Shown here: positions 55,912 to 64,000 of the stretch, piece by piece
Layout: the number at the start of each line of letters is the position of its first letter
Position numbering within the stretch: the stretch's first letter is position 1
Source of the DNA: Acidobacteriota bacterium
GTDB taxonomy: Bacteria; Acidobacteriota; Blastocatellia; Pyrinomonadales; Pyrinomonadaceae
DNA length: 64,000 nt
Assembly (NCBI GenBank): GCA_032159825.1
Contig: JAVHWL010000011.1
Coordinates: 84,003 to 148,002 of the forward strand
Direction: 5' to 3'
Position numbers and translations under genes: made by a program
Notes under the pieces: generated by a model
Databases searched by the model: none
The model's input: the letters and a program-made list of their open reading frames with translations, nothing else
Told to the model about the DNA's origin: nothing

Positions 55912-57348
55912 ATGGCGAAGGGTCGTGTTCTCATTGTTGATGATGAAAAGGCTGCGGGCGAGGGCTTGCGCGACCTACTGGCTGCTGAAGGTTATGAGAC
56001 TGTCTCGGAAGCCGATGGCCTTGCCGGACTCAAGCGCGTCGAAGAGTTTCTCCCGTCAGTCGTCATCACAGACATTTTGATGCCGCGCATGGACGGCTTC
56101 GGACTCCTGCGCGAGGTTCGCACGCGCTATCCCGAAACACCTGTCATCCTGCTGACCGGCCAGGGTTCTGTCGAGATGGCCTTGCGCGCCATTCAGGAAG
56201 AGGGCGCGTACCACTACTTCGAGAAGCCGATTGACATGAAGAAGCTGCGCATCGTCGTCGAGCGCGCGGTCGAATATTCGGAAGCGCGGCGCGAGAACGA
56301 GGCGCTGCGCCGTCAACTGCGTGATCGTGGAGCGTTCGGCGAGCTTGTCGGCAAGTCGGACCCGATGCGCCAGATTTATCACTTGATCGAACAGGTCGCG
56401 CCGTCGTCCGCCTCCGTTCTCATCACGGGCGAATCCGGCACCGGCAAAGAACTGGTCGCGCGCACCATACACAACCTCAGCCCGCGCCTGAGCGGTCAGT
56501 TTGTCGCCATCAACTGCTCTGCTATTCCTGAAACGTTGATGGAGAGCGAGCTATTCGGACACGAGAAGGGCGCGTTTACCGGCGCGGCTTCAAGGCGACA
56601 GGGTTGCTTTGAGCTGGCAAACGGCGGAACGCTCCTGCTCGATGAAATCGCAGAGATGCCGACGCTTTTGCAAGCGAAGCTGCTGCGCGTGCTCGAAGAG
56701 CGTTCCGTCAGGCGGCTGGGCAGCACGCAGGAGATTCCCATTGACGTGCGGTTGCTTGCGGCCACGAACAAGAATCCGCAGGAGGCCGTCAGGAATGGCG
56801 GGCTGCGCGAAGACCTCTTTTATCGTCTCAACGTTATCACGATTGAGTTGCCGCCTTTGCGCGACCGAAAAGACGATCTGCCGCTTCTGGCCCAGCATCT
56901 CGTCACGCAGTTGGCCGAGCGCCACAAGCGTCCCGCTCGTTTCTTAACACCCTCAGCGCTTCAGGTCTTGCAATCGCATTCCTGGCCCGGCAACGTCCGC
57001 GAGCTACGCAATGCGATTGAGCGCGCCGTCATCATCTGCTCCGGCGAAGAGATAGAGCGTCATCATCTCGCTCCTTATCCGGTTGACCAGCGAGCGCGCG
57101 TTCGCAGTGAAGATACTTTGTCTCTGCCTGTCGGCACGCCCATTGAAGAGGTCGAGCGGCAGATGATTATGCGAACGCTGCAAAAGACCGATAATAACAA
57201 GACTCGCGCCGCAGAGCTTCTAGGCATCAGCCTCAAGACCCTGCACAATAAACTTCGTCTCTACCGCGAGCGCGGGCAGATGCCCGACACAGACCAACTA
57301 AATTCTCCCGAACCTGAGTTTCAGCGAAGGACGGGCGAGCTAGCATGA
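55912..57348 (+). CDS. Sigma-54-dependent response regulator (NtrC family)
   Basis: Receiver domain ([17 protein letters not shown]), AAA+ domain ([29 protein letters not shown]) and a C-terminal Fis-type HTH. Start taken at ATG 55912. Confidence 0.9.
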   Translation: MAKGRVLIVDDEKAAGEGLRDLLAAEGYETVSEADGLAGLKRVEEFLPSVVITDILMPRMDGFGLLREVRTRYPETPVILLTGQGSVEMALRAIQEEGAYHYFEKPIDMKKLRIVVERAVEYSEARRENEALRRQLRDRGAFGELVGKSDPMRQIYHLIEQVAPSSASVLITGESGTGKELVARTIHNLSPRLSGQFVAINCSAIPETLMESELFGHEKGAFTGAASRRQGCFELANGGTLLLDEIAEMPTLLQAKLLRVLEERSVRRLGSTQEIPIDVRLLAATNKNPQEAVRNGGLREDLFYRLNVITIELPPLRDRKDDLPLLAQHLVTQLAERHKRPARFLTPSALQVLQSHSWPGNVRELRNAIERAVIICSGEEIERHHLAPYPVDQRARVRSEDTLSLPVGTPIEEVERQMIMRTLQKTDNNKTRAAELLGISLKTLHNKLRLYRERGQMPDTDQLNSPEPEFQRRTGELA

Positions 57349-59177
57349 AAGGCGGCAGCGCACTACTACGTCGCCAAATCACACTCATCACGCTTCTCGT
57401 CGCAACCGTCGCGTTCGTCCTCATCGTCGCTAACATTGCTCAACTGACACGCTCACTCGTTGTGGCACTGCGCGATCAGGCTGAAAGTGTCTCGCTGCAA
57501 GCGGCCACTGCCGCAGAGGGCGCGCTCATTGCCGCGCCGAACGATCAACCGCAGCGGGCCATCCGCGAATCACAAACAGCACGAGCATACGCAGAGGCAG
57601 TCGTTCGTCGCGGCGCACCGATTACATCGCTCGTTGTCGAAGACCAATCGGGCGCGCCCCTCTTGCAAGTTCCAGAAACAGCAGCCGACCGGCATCTTCC
57701 CGCGCTCGAAACTCTGGCGAACGCATCCGTCTTCTCCCGCCTTCGACAAATCCTTTCAGGCGGCGAGACACAGTATGAATACTCCCGCGCGCTCGTCTAT
57801 CACGGGCAGGAGTTCGGGCGCGTGCGGCTCAGCGTTTCGCTCGCGTCTGTCCGCAAAGAGGTCTGGCAAAGCCTGCTCACCAATCTGCTGCTCGCCTTGG
57901 CCGCCATCGCAGCCGCAACGTTCATAGCCATTAGCTCCGCGCGGTTGATTACAGCCCCCCTGCGCGCCATCGCGTCATCCATCGCTCAACTCGAATATGT
58001 TGAGAGCGGAGCTTCAGCCGGGGCGAAAGTTGAGAAGACCGGAAGGGCCGACATTGAAACCGTCACCGGCAGACTCGAACAATTGAGCCGCCAGATAGCT
58101 GGCAACCGTTCTGAGTTGCGAGAGACGCGTGGCGGGCTGCAACAAATTCTTCAGAATCTTCAGGAGAGGTTGCTGCTCGTCAGCGCAGACGGGCGCGTCA
58201 TGCTGGCAAGTCCCGGCGTTGACCAGCTACTCGGCTCCGAGCACGCAATGGAAGGACGCAATCTAGCGGAGATTGTCGGAGCTAATCATCCCCTTGTTGC
58301 GCTCACACAGGGCGCGCTCGCGTCTCATGAAACTTCGTCGCGTATCATGCTTCCGGCAACGAACGGCAACTCCACTCGCCCCGTAGTCGCTTCCGTTCAA
58401 CCCGTCAAAGATCGCGGCGAGATAGTCGGCGCGCTCGTCTCTCTGCACGACAAAGAGACGGTCGCAAGACTTGAATCGCAGCTTGATTACTCCGGGCGGC
58501 TGGCGGATTTCGCGCGCATCACTTCCGGCATCGCCCACGAAGTCAAGAATCCTTTGAACGCGATGGTCATCCACCTTGAGCTTCTTCGCTCGAAGCTGCA
58601 AAAAATCTCACCCGCTGCTGACGATGCGCGCCCGCAGATTGAGATACTGACTTCAGAGATTCAACGCCTCGACCGCGTTGTCCAAACTTTTCTTGACTTC
58701 ACACGACCGCCGCGCATTAACCTGCGCCCGCTCGACGTGAATCAAGTCCTGGAAGAGACGCTCGCGCTCGCCGCCCCTGAAGCCGAGCTTCGCGGCTCAA
58801 CCGTCTGGCGCTCATTCGAGCCTGACCTGCCGAGGATCGCAGGCGATGCCGATCTGCTTAAGCAAGCCTTCCTCAACATCATCATCAACGGCTTTCAAGC
58901 GATGGAGCAGGGTGGTCGCCTTCTAGTCTCAACATCTCAGGACAACGAAACCGACGTGCTTATCTCCATCAAAGATCACGGCACAGGAATCGAGCCTGAA
59001 GCCCGCGAGCGTATCTTTCATCTTTATTACACCACCAAGCCAGACGGCAACGGCATCGGTCTCGCCCAGGCGTTCCGCGCCGTCCAACTCCACAACGGTC
59101 AGATCACCTTCGACAGTCAACCAGGACTCGGCGCAATTTTTTACATCAGGCTGAAAGCAGTGATGAGTGATAAGTGA
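57345..59177 (+). CDS. Sensor histidine kinase (NtrB-like, TM/HAMP/PAS/HisKA/HATPase)
   Basis: The start overlaps the ntrC-like stop (ATGA). H-box [15 protein letters not shown]-box [11 protein letters not shown]-boxes DHGTGI and GNGIGL. The last four codons (MSDK) are in the hairpin arm. Confidence 0.85.
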   Translation: MKGGSALLRRQITLITLLVATVAFVLIVANIAQLTRSLVVALRDQAESVSLQAATAAEGALIAAPNDQPQRAIRESQTARAYAEAVVRRGAPITSLVVEDQSGAPLLQVPETAADRHLPALETLANASVFSRLRQILSGGETQYEYSRALVYHGQEFGRVRLSVSLASVRKEVWQSLLTNLLLALAAIAAATFIAISSARLITAPLRAIASSIAQLEYVESGASAGAKVEKTGRADIETVTGRLEQLSRQIAGNRSELRETRGGLQQILQNLQERLLLVSADGRVMLASPGVDQLLGSEHAMEGRNLAEIVGANHPLVALTQGALASHETSSRIMLPATNGNSTRPVVASVQPVKDRGEIVGALVSLHDKETVARLESQLDYSGRLADFARITSGIAHEVKNPLNAMVIHLELLRSKLQKISPAADDARPQIEILTSEIQRLDRVVQTFLDFTRPPRINLRPLDVNQVLEETLALAAPEAELRGSTVWRSFEPDLPRIAGDADLLKQAFLNIIINGFQAMEQGGRLLVSTSQDNETDVLISIKDHGTGIEPEARERIFHLYYTTKPDGNGIGLAQAFRAVQLHNGQITFDSQPGLGAIFYIRLKAVMSDK

Positions 59178-59233
59178 TAGGTGATAAGTAAAAGCTTTAA
59201 TCTTATCACCTATCACTTATCACTCATCACTTG
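59158..59233. repeat. Heptad-arm hairpin, GTGATAA family
   Basis: Left arm cagtgatgagtgataagtgataggtgataagtaaaag pairs with right arm cttatcacctatcacttatcactcatcacttg. Confidence 0.8.
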
Positions 59234-59269
59234 TCTTCCGTCACTCATAAATGTTATTCATCGCGGCAC

Positions 59270-60169
59270 ATGTCTGTCATTCTTTTCTTTATTGATGGTC
59301 TGGGTATCGGTGCGCGCGGGGAGCAGAACCCGCTTGATGGATTGACTGAGGCCGCGCCGCTCGCCGTTTTTCGAGATGAGGAGCCGGAGATTATTTTTGA
59401 TGGAAGGCTTGTGAGAACCGATGCGTGCCTGGGTGTGGAAGGCCGACCACAGAGCGCGTCTGGACAAACAACCATCCTGACGGGCGTGAACGCTCCAGCC
59501 GCGCTCGGTTATCACAAGCAGGGATTTCCCAACGAGGCGCTGCGCGAAATCATCAGCGAGCATTCCATCTTCCTTCAACTCAAGCGCGCTCTTGTTGCGC
59601 CCAACACTTTCGCCAATGCTTATACGCCCAGATTCTTCGAGAGTCGCCCGCGCTGGATTTCTGCGACAACTGCTGCGGTCGAGGCAGCCGGAATGCGTTT
59701 CCGCGATCTTGATGATTTGCAGGCGGGCCGCGCAGTCTTTCAAGACTATACGAACGAAATGTTGATCGAACGCGGCCTTAACATCTCACGTTTCACACCT
59801 GAGCAGGCCGCTCACGTTCTCGCCGCGATTGCCCGTGAACATCGCTTCACGCTCTACGAATATTTCATCACGGACAAGATCGGGCACGCGCAGGACATGG
59901 AGGCCGCGCGCGCAGCTCTAGTCGGTCTGGCGAGGTTCATCCGGCACCTGCTCTCTGAACTCGACCTCGCGCGCACGACCCTGCTCATAACCAGCGATCA
60001 CGGCAACATCGAAGACTTATCACTGCGTAACCACACGCTCAACCTTGTGCCGACGCTCATCTGGGGCGAGCATCGGGAACAGATTGCGGCTCGCGTCAAC
60101 AACTTGGCGGACATTACTCCCGCCATCATCGAAGTCCTGACAGCGAAAGCAGCCATACCTGATGAATGA
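59270..60169 (+). CDS. Alkaline-phosphatase-superfamily metalloenzyme (phosphopentomutase / cofactor-independent PGM-like)
   Basis: Contains ILFFIDGLGIG and ITSDHGNIED. Start taken at ATG 59270. Confidence 0.6.
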   Translation: MSVILFFIDGLGIGARGEQNPLDGLTEAAPLAVFRDEEPEIIFDGRLVRTDACLGVEGRPQSASGQTTILTGVNAPAALGYHKQGFPNEALREIISEHSIFLQLKRALVAPNTFANAYTPRFFESRPRWISATTAAVEAAGMRFRDLDDLQAGRAVFQDYTNEMLIERGLNISRFTPEQAAHVLAAIAREHRFTLYEYFITDKIGHAQDMEAARAALVGLARFIRHLLSELDLARTTLLITSDHGNIEDLSLRNHTLNLVPTLIWGEHREQIAARVNNLADITPAIIEVLTAKAAIPDE

Positions 60170-61610
60170 CTCCCCGGCTTCAAATCAACAAACACCGGCA
60201 GAACGCTCAACGCACAAAGATTCCGCGCCGCGCCGCCAGCCAAACGACAGGCGCGAGATTTTCGGCTGGGTGATGTATGACTGGGCTAACTCCGCTTTTA
60301 GCACAACGGTGGCGACAACCTTGCTCGGAGTTTACCTGACGGGGCTGGCGCAAAGCATACTTGGCGAAAACGGCACTTTCATCAGCTTCGGGATACTAGG
60401 CAGCGTAACGGCAAAATCGTTCTTCCCTTTCTGTGTCATGGTGTCCGTCATCTTGCAGGCGCTGCTTCTGCCTGTGCTCGGCGCTATCGCAGATTATTCA
60501 AACTTGAAGAAACGTTTGATGGCTTTGTTCTGCTACACAGGCGTGGCTGCCACCTGCCTGCTCTTCTTCATCACAGGCAGCTTGTACTCGATAGGTGGTC
60601 TGATCTTTATCATCGCCAATCTTTGCTTCGGCGCTTCCATTGTCTTCTACAACTCGTTCCTTCCCGAAATCACGACCGAAGACAGGCGCGATAAAGTTTC
60701 GAGTCGCGGATTTGCGCTCGGCTATCTGGGCGGCGGATTACTATTGGCTCTGAATCTTGTGCTGGTGGTCTGGGCACAGAGCAAACATAATTCTGCCACC
60801 GTCAGTCTTGCAGTTCGCATCTCGCTTCTCTCTGCCGGACTCTGGTGGGGCGGATTCTCTATCCTGACTTTTACCAGGCTGAAGGAGCGCGGCACGTCTC
60901 GTCGTCTCCCGCCGGGCAAGAATTATTTGAGCATCGGCTTCTCTGAAACCATCAAGACCTTCCGCGAGCTTCGCCGCCTGCGCCACACTCTCAAATACCT
61001 GCTCGGCTACCTGCTTTTTAATGACGGTATACAGACTGTCATCGTCATGTCTGGAGTATTTCTTGAGCAGGAGCTTTTCATCTCGCGGGGACTGGAGCCT
61101 AATCGCTCCTTCCTGCTCGGCTTAATCCTGGTCGTGCAGTTCGCAGCCTTCGTCGGAGCTTTACTGTTCGAGCGAATCGCTAAAGCTGCGGGCACGAAAA
61201 ACGCTATTCTGCTATCGCTCGTGCTCTGGTCTGGAATTGTGATTTACGCTTACGGGTTTCTTGAAACGGTCACGCAGGCGTGGTTCATGGGCGTAGCAAT
61301 TGCGATTGTGCTCGGCGGCTCTCAGGCTCTCTCGCGCTCTCTGTTCTCACGTATGATTCCGGCGGGGCGCGAGGCGTCGTTCTTCGGCATCTACGAAATC
61401 TCAGAGCGCGGCACATCCTGGATTGGGCCGCTCGTCTTCGGCATCGTTGTCGGCGCGACGAACTCTTACCGGCAGGCGATTCTCTCTTTGATTGTCTTCT
61501 TCATCGGGGGGATGGTGATTCTATTTTTTACGGATACAGACAGAGCTGTTCACGAGGCAGGAAATGTTTTGCCGGAAGAAGTTGAAGAAAAGTTGGGAGG
61601 GGGCAGTTAG
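60162..61610 (+). CDS. MFS transporter, UMF1/Atg22-like
   Basis: Contains FGWVMYDWANSAFSTTV and 12 predicted TM segments. It overlaps the upstream gene by 8 nt. Confidence 0.8.
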   Translation: MNDSPASNQQTPAERSTHKDSAPRRQPNDRREIFGWVMYDWANSAFSTTVATTLLGVYLTGLAQSILGENGTFISFGILGSVTAKSFFPFCVMVSVILQALLLPVLGAIADYSNLKKRLMALFCYTGVAATCLLFFITGSLYSIGGLIFIIANLCFGASIVFYNSFLPEITTEDRRDKVSSRGFALGYLGGGLLLALNLVLVVWAQSKHNSATVSLAVRISLLSAGLWWGGFSILTFTRLKERGTSRRLPPGKNYLSIGFSETIKTFRELRRLRHTLKYLLGYLLFNDGIQTVIVMSGVFLEQELFISRGLEPNRSFLLGLILVVQFAAFVGALLFERIAKAAGTKNAILLSLVLWSGIVIYAYGFLETVTQAWFMGVAIAIVLGGSQALSRSLFSRMIPAGREASFFGIYEISERGTSWIGPLVFGIVVGATNSYRQAILSLIVFFIGGMVILFFTDTDRAVHEAGNVLPEEVEEKLGGGS

Positions 61611-61622
61611 CAGTTGGCAGTT
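61602..61622. repeat. Orphan single arm of three heptamers (GGCAGTT family) overlapping the MFS stop codon
   Basis: Reads ggcagtt agcagtt ggcagtt. No inverted partner is seen nearby. Confidence 0.6.
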
Positions 61623-61638
61623 TTTGCGCTCTTATTAT

Positions 61639-61953
61639 TTAGCTTGCTGCTTTTCGCTGGCTTCCCTCTGATGCGCGTTCGAGGCAGGCGTGGGAGCAGT
61701 AGGAAGTATTTGACGAGCGCAGCTTGATTGCGCGTCCCATCGGAACCCACGTCCCGCACGCGCCGCATCGCACGAGTCTTTCGCCTGACGCTCCCGTCTG
61801 CCTTGAAGATGAGGGTGCGTCGTTTCTCGTCACACGGCGCGCCTCATGCGCGAGGCCGAACATTTGCCGCGCCATGCGTATGAATGGCCGCAAGCGCAGG
61901 TAGAGCAGCAGGGAGATAAAAGCGACAATACTGAGAATGACCAGAAGTCTCAA
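61639..61953 (-). CDS. Small membrane-anchored zinc-finger protein (PP0621-like)
   Basis: N-terminal TM segment, then CGACGTWVP...YCSHAC. Confidence 0.5.
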   Translation of the reverse strand: MRLLVILSIVAFISLLLYLRLRPFIRMARQMFGLAHEARRVTRNDAPSSSRQTGASGERLVRCGACGTWVPMGRAIKLRSSNTSYCSHACLERASEGSQRKAAS

Positions 61954-62040
61954 ACTCGCTCCTGAAGATGCATGAATTACTTTGTCAGTTGCGTTTTATA
62001 GCCTGTCAAAGCTTCGCAGAAGTTTAGCAAATCGAAGTGT

Positions 62041-62086
62041 AAAAGGCGACGCGCGCCGCTCCATAATCTGAAGCGGCGCGCGTCCG
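62041..62086 (-). terminator. Rho-independent terminator downstream of the RHH gene
   Basis: GC-rich stem gacgcgcgccgct / agcggcgcgcgtc, followed on the minus strand by a ccttttac T-tract. It is a conventional hairpin, not the heptad type. Confidence 0.55.
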
Positions 62087-62115
62087 GCAATTTTATGTGG
62101 ATGGAGGTTGCGCTC

Positions 62116-62391
62116 TTAATCGTCGCCGGATGAGCGTTCGGAAGGGATAAAGGGCACATCGCCTTCACGACGACGCGGCAGAGGGTCTGTGGCGCGACGG
62201 CGCGGGCCAGTGGCTTCCGTGCGACGGTCAATGGTTCCCGGCGGTAGCCTCTTGCCTTTAATCGCTTCCTCTAAAATGCGCGTGATCTCTTGTGAGAGGG
62301 TTCGGTGCTCCGATTTGGCTCGCTGCTGCAAAGCCTCTTTGAGTTGATTCGGCACGTACGCGCCGATGAAAACCCCTTTGCGGTTCGCCAT
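62116..62391 (-). CDS. Ribbon-helix-helix (CopG/Arc-like) DNA-binding protein with a basic disordered tail
   Basis: KGVFIGAYVPNQLKEALQQRAKSEHRTLSQEITRILEEAI fits the beta-alpha-alpha RHH pattern. Confidence 0.6.
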   Translation of the reverse strand: MANRKGVFIGAYVPNQLKEALQQRAKSEHRTLSQEITRILEEAIKGKRLPPGTIDRRTEATGPRRRATDPLPRRREGDVPFIPSERSSGDD

Positions 62392-62467
62392 CTCCTAGTG
62401 CCTTTCCGTTGAAGTCTGAGGTGGAAAATCTAGCATGCTCTTTGTGAGTCAAAAACTGTCTTGCAAT

Positions 62468-62952
62468 TTGAGAGCAGGTCTGTAAGCCGAATTCTGTTCT
62501 CCGGTTTCCCGGAGCGGCGATCATTCATCTAGCCCAACCGTCGCCGGTTGGATCGAGCGACCTACCCGGAGGTCGTAGCATGTTTTTGAAAAAACACGCT
62601 TCGGGCGGGCAGCCCTTGTTGACGCCTCCCTATTTGGTCTTGCACTGCGAGGAGTTTGCCTGGCCGACGATGTTACCACCGACGCCGGTGCGCTCTTACT
62701 TTAAGCCCACAAGGGGCCGCACCGTTTCATCCATCACCCGCAACCATCACGCCTCGAAAAGCGCAATAGCCCGCTGGCTGGTCTATTTTCTGTTGCACTT
62801 GTCGTCATCAGGTAAGACGATCAGCAACTTAATGCCAGCCGTTTCTCGCCCGATGCCCAGCCGTTAGCTGGCTCGCTGCCCTGTAGTGTTCGGACTTTCC
62901 TCTCCTTCAACCCCGAAAGGTTTGAAGCAGCGACCGCCCGACCTGCTCTCTT
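62468..62952 (-). ncRNA. rnpB: RNase P RNA, bacterial type A
   Basis: The minus strand reads gagagcaggtcgggcggtcgc...GAGGAAAGTCCGaacacTACAGGGCAG...GTGCAACAGAAAA...GGTAACA...ACAGAATTCGGCTTACAGACCTGCTCTC. The P1 ends pair. Ends are approximate. Confidence 0.88.
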
Positions 62953-63000
62953 GCAAGGCTCCGGGATTATAGCAAACCAATGTTGAACACGTACAGCACA

Positions 63001-63087
63001 AAAATTAACCGCAGATAAACACAGATAGACACGGGTAGAGCATTCCATCTAATCTGCGTGTATCTGCGTTCATCTGCGGTTGATTTT
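63001..63087. repeat. Hairpin element, CACAGAG-related variant (CGCAGATAAACACAGATAG)
   Basis: Left arm aaaattaaccgcagataaacacagatagacacg pairs with right arm cgtgtatctgcgttcatctgcggttgatttt. Confidence 0.7.
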
Positions 63088-63092
63088 ATAAC

Positions 63093-63794
63093 TTAGCCGA
63101 AATACTTGATGCCGACGCGCAGGCTATTGATGGTCGCAGGCGGTAGCGAGAGCGCGAGCAGCATGGACATCAGGGCGTGAGATAAGGCGAGGGCGAGAAG
63201 ATTCGGTGTACGCTGGTAAATGTAAGCCCAGATAAGCCCGCCCGCGAAGGTGGCGACGCTCAACCAGGGATTTGGCAGATGAAGCAGCGCGAAGATAAGG
63301 GCAACGAGGAGGATGCTCTTTGAGCCTCGCCCGTACAGGATTTGAGCACGGCAATTGATGAAGCCTTGCAGGACGTATTGCTGCATCATTCCCCAGAGCG
63401 GCAGCCAGACAGCCCACTCCAAAACCTGCTGCCTGTCAAATCTCAGGCTCTTCATCATCAACCCGATTCCGACAAGGACGATTGCGCCGACAAGCATCGG
63501 CAGGATGAGCAATCGAGCCGCTTGCCCGAAATTATCTAAGCGCCAGCCGATCTCTCGCGCAGACTCTCCGCGCGCACGATGCGAGAGAAGGATTAGGGCA
63601 AAAGCGAGTCCGACGGGAAGGGCTGCGACCAGCTTACTGTTTCCGGCAAACGGCATCACCATCCACTCTGCGATCAAGAAAGACAAAGTGACAGACGCAA
63701 TCTCCCATGCGGCAAGCGACTTATCATTGGTCGCAACTTCGTCAGGCGAGCCGTCGTCTATTCGAGCAGCCATCTCTTCATTCGCATCCTTCAT
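63093..63794 (-). CDS. CPBP (CAAX) intramembrane protease-family protein with a degenerate first motif
   Basis: Multi-TM protein with FALLHLPN (FxxxH) and SHALMSML motifs. The EExxxR motif is replaced by QQYVLQGF. Confidence 0.55.
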   Translation of the reverse strand: MKDANEEMAARIDDGSPDEVATNDKSLAAWEIASVTLSFLIAEWMVMPFAGNSKLVAALPVGLAFALILLSHRARGESAREIGWRLDNFGQAARLLILPMLVGAIVLVGIGLMMKSLRFDRQQVLEWAVWLPLWGMMQQYVLQGFINCRAQILYGRGSKSILLVALIFALLHLPNPWLSVATFAGGLIWAYIYQRTPNLLALALSHALMSMLLALSLPPATINSLRVGIKYFG

Positions 63795-64000
63795 TTTTGT
63801 TCCTGAGAGACTGTGTTTACGTCTCGTCCTTCGTTTGCGGCTACGCTGAAAATGAGCGGCTTGCCGATAAGCTGCAATGTCCGACGCTGGCCCTCACCGC
63901 TCTCGTGTACGGCATAGACACGCGCCTCATGCTCACCCGCAGAAAGCGGCGGCGTGTCGAAGACGAAGCCGTGCCCCTCATCTTCTGCGCGACCCGCAGC
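63791..64000 (-). CDS. C-terminal end of an upstream hypothetical protein (5' part outside the window)
   Basis: My own translation gives ...[61 protein letters not shown]. The stop overlaps the next start (ATGA). Confidence 0.5.
   Translation of the reverse strand, partial: AAGRAEDEGHGFVFDTPPLSAGEHEARVYAVHESGEGQRRTLQLIGKPLIFSVAANEGRDVNTVSQEQK

Noticed and set aside
62258-62867. ORFs 62258-62524 (-) and 62580-62867 (+).
   Set aside because: They lie within the RNase P RNA gene, so the region is explained by rnpB.

Overview
This is a gene-dense chromosomal segment from a Gram-negative bacterium, shown by the KDO/LPS genes kdsA, kdsB and kdsC, a TolC-family protein and type IV pilus genes. Spot counts put G+C at roughly 55-60%. 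The gene content has an Acidobacteriota-like flavour, but phylum cannot be proven from the sequence alone.

Most of the window is housekeeping:
- the gap-pgk-tpiA-secG-tRNA-Leu(GAG) glycolytic operon;
- a pyrG/kdsABC cluster;
- a cysK-like gene with cystathionine gamma-lyase and a PP2C phosphatase;
- hemX-like, hemA and hemD;
- an NtrC/NtrB-type pair;
- proline dehydrogenase, acyl-CoA dehydrogenase, a UbiD decarboxylase, pilD, dacB, tRNA-Gly(CCC) and RNase P RNA.

No transposase, integrase, phage gene or CRISPR array is visible.

Three things stand out.
1. At 2.7-10.5 kb, a ChlI-vWA plus ChlH/CobN-type chelatase operon has its large subunit cleanly split at a linker into two intact ORFs encoded in permuted order, C-half first. 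Between the halves sits a lower-G+C two-gene cassette of TIR-domain proteins: one is TIR plus an unknown beta-rich domain, the other is prokaryotic YEATS-like plus TIR. No recognisable effector is nearby. This is my best candidate for an undescribed NAD-signalling or defence-type module.
2. Nearly every gene boundary, about 25 sites, carries a long hairpin whose arms are tandem heptamers resembling cyanobacterial STRR repeats. They fall into several paralogous families. Some carry cargo, namely a GxxExxY nuclease-family gene or a nested-palindrome MITE-like element. Some provide stop codons or the terminal codons of flanking genes.
3. There are several smaller oddities: a PilM-PilC fusion, an AbiEii-like nucleotidyltransferase wedged inside the glycolytic operon, and an M1-peptidase homologue lacking HExxH.

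Several ORF-track N-termini were trimmed because they read through repeat arms.
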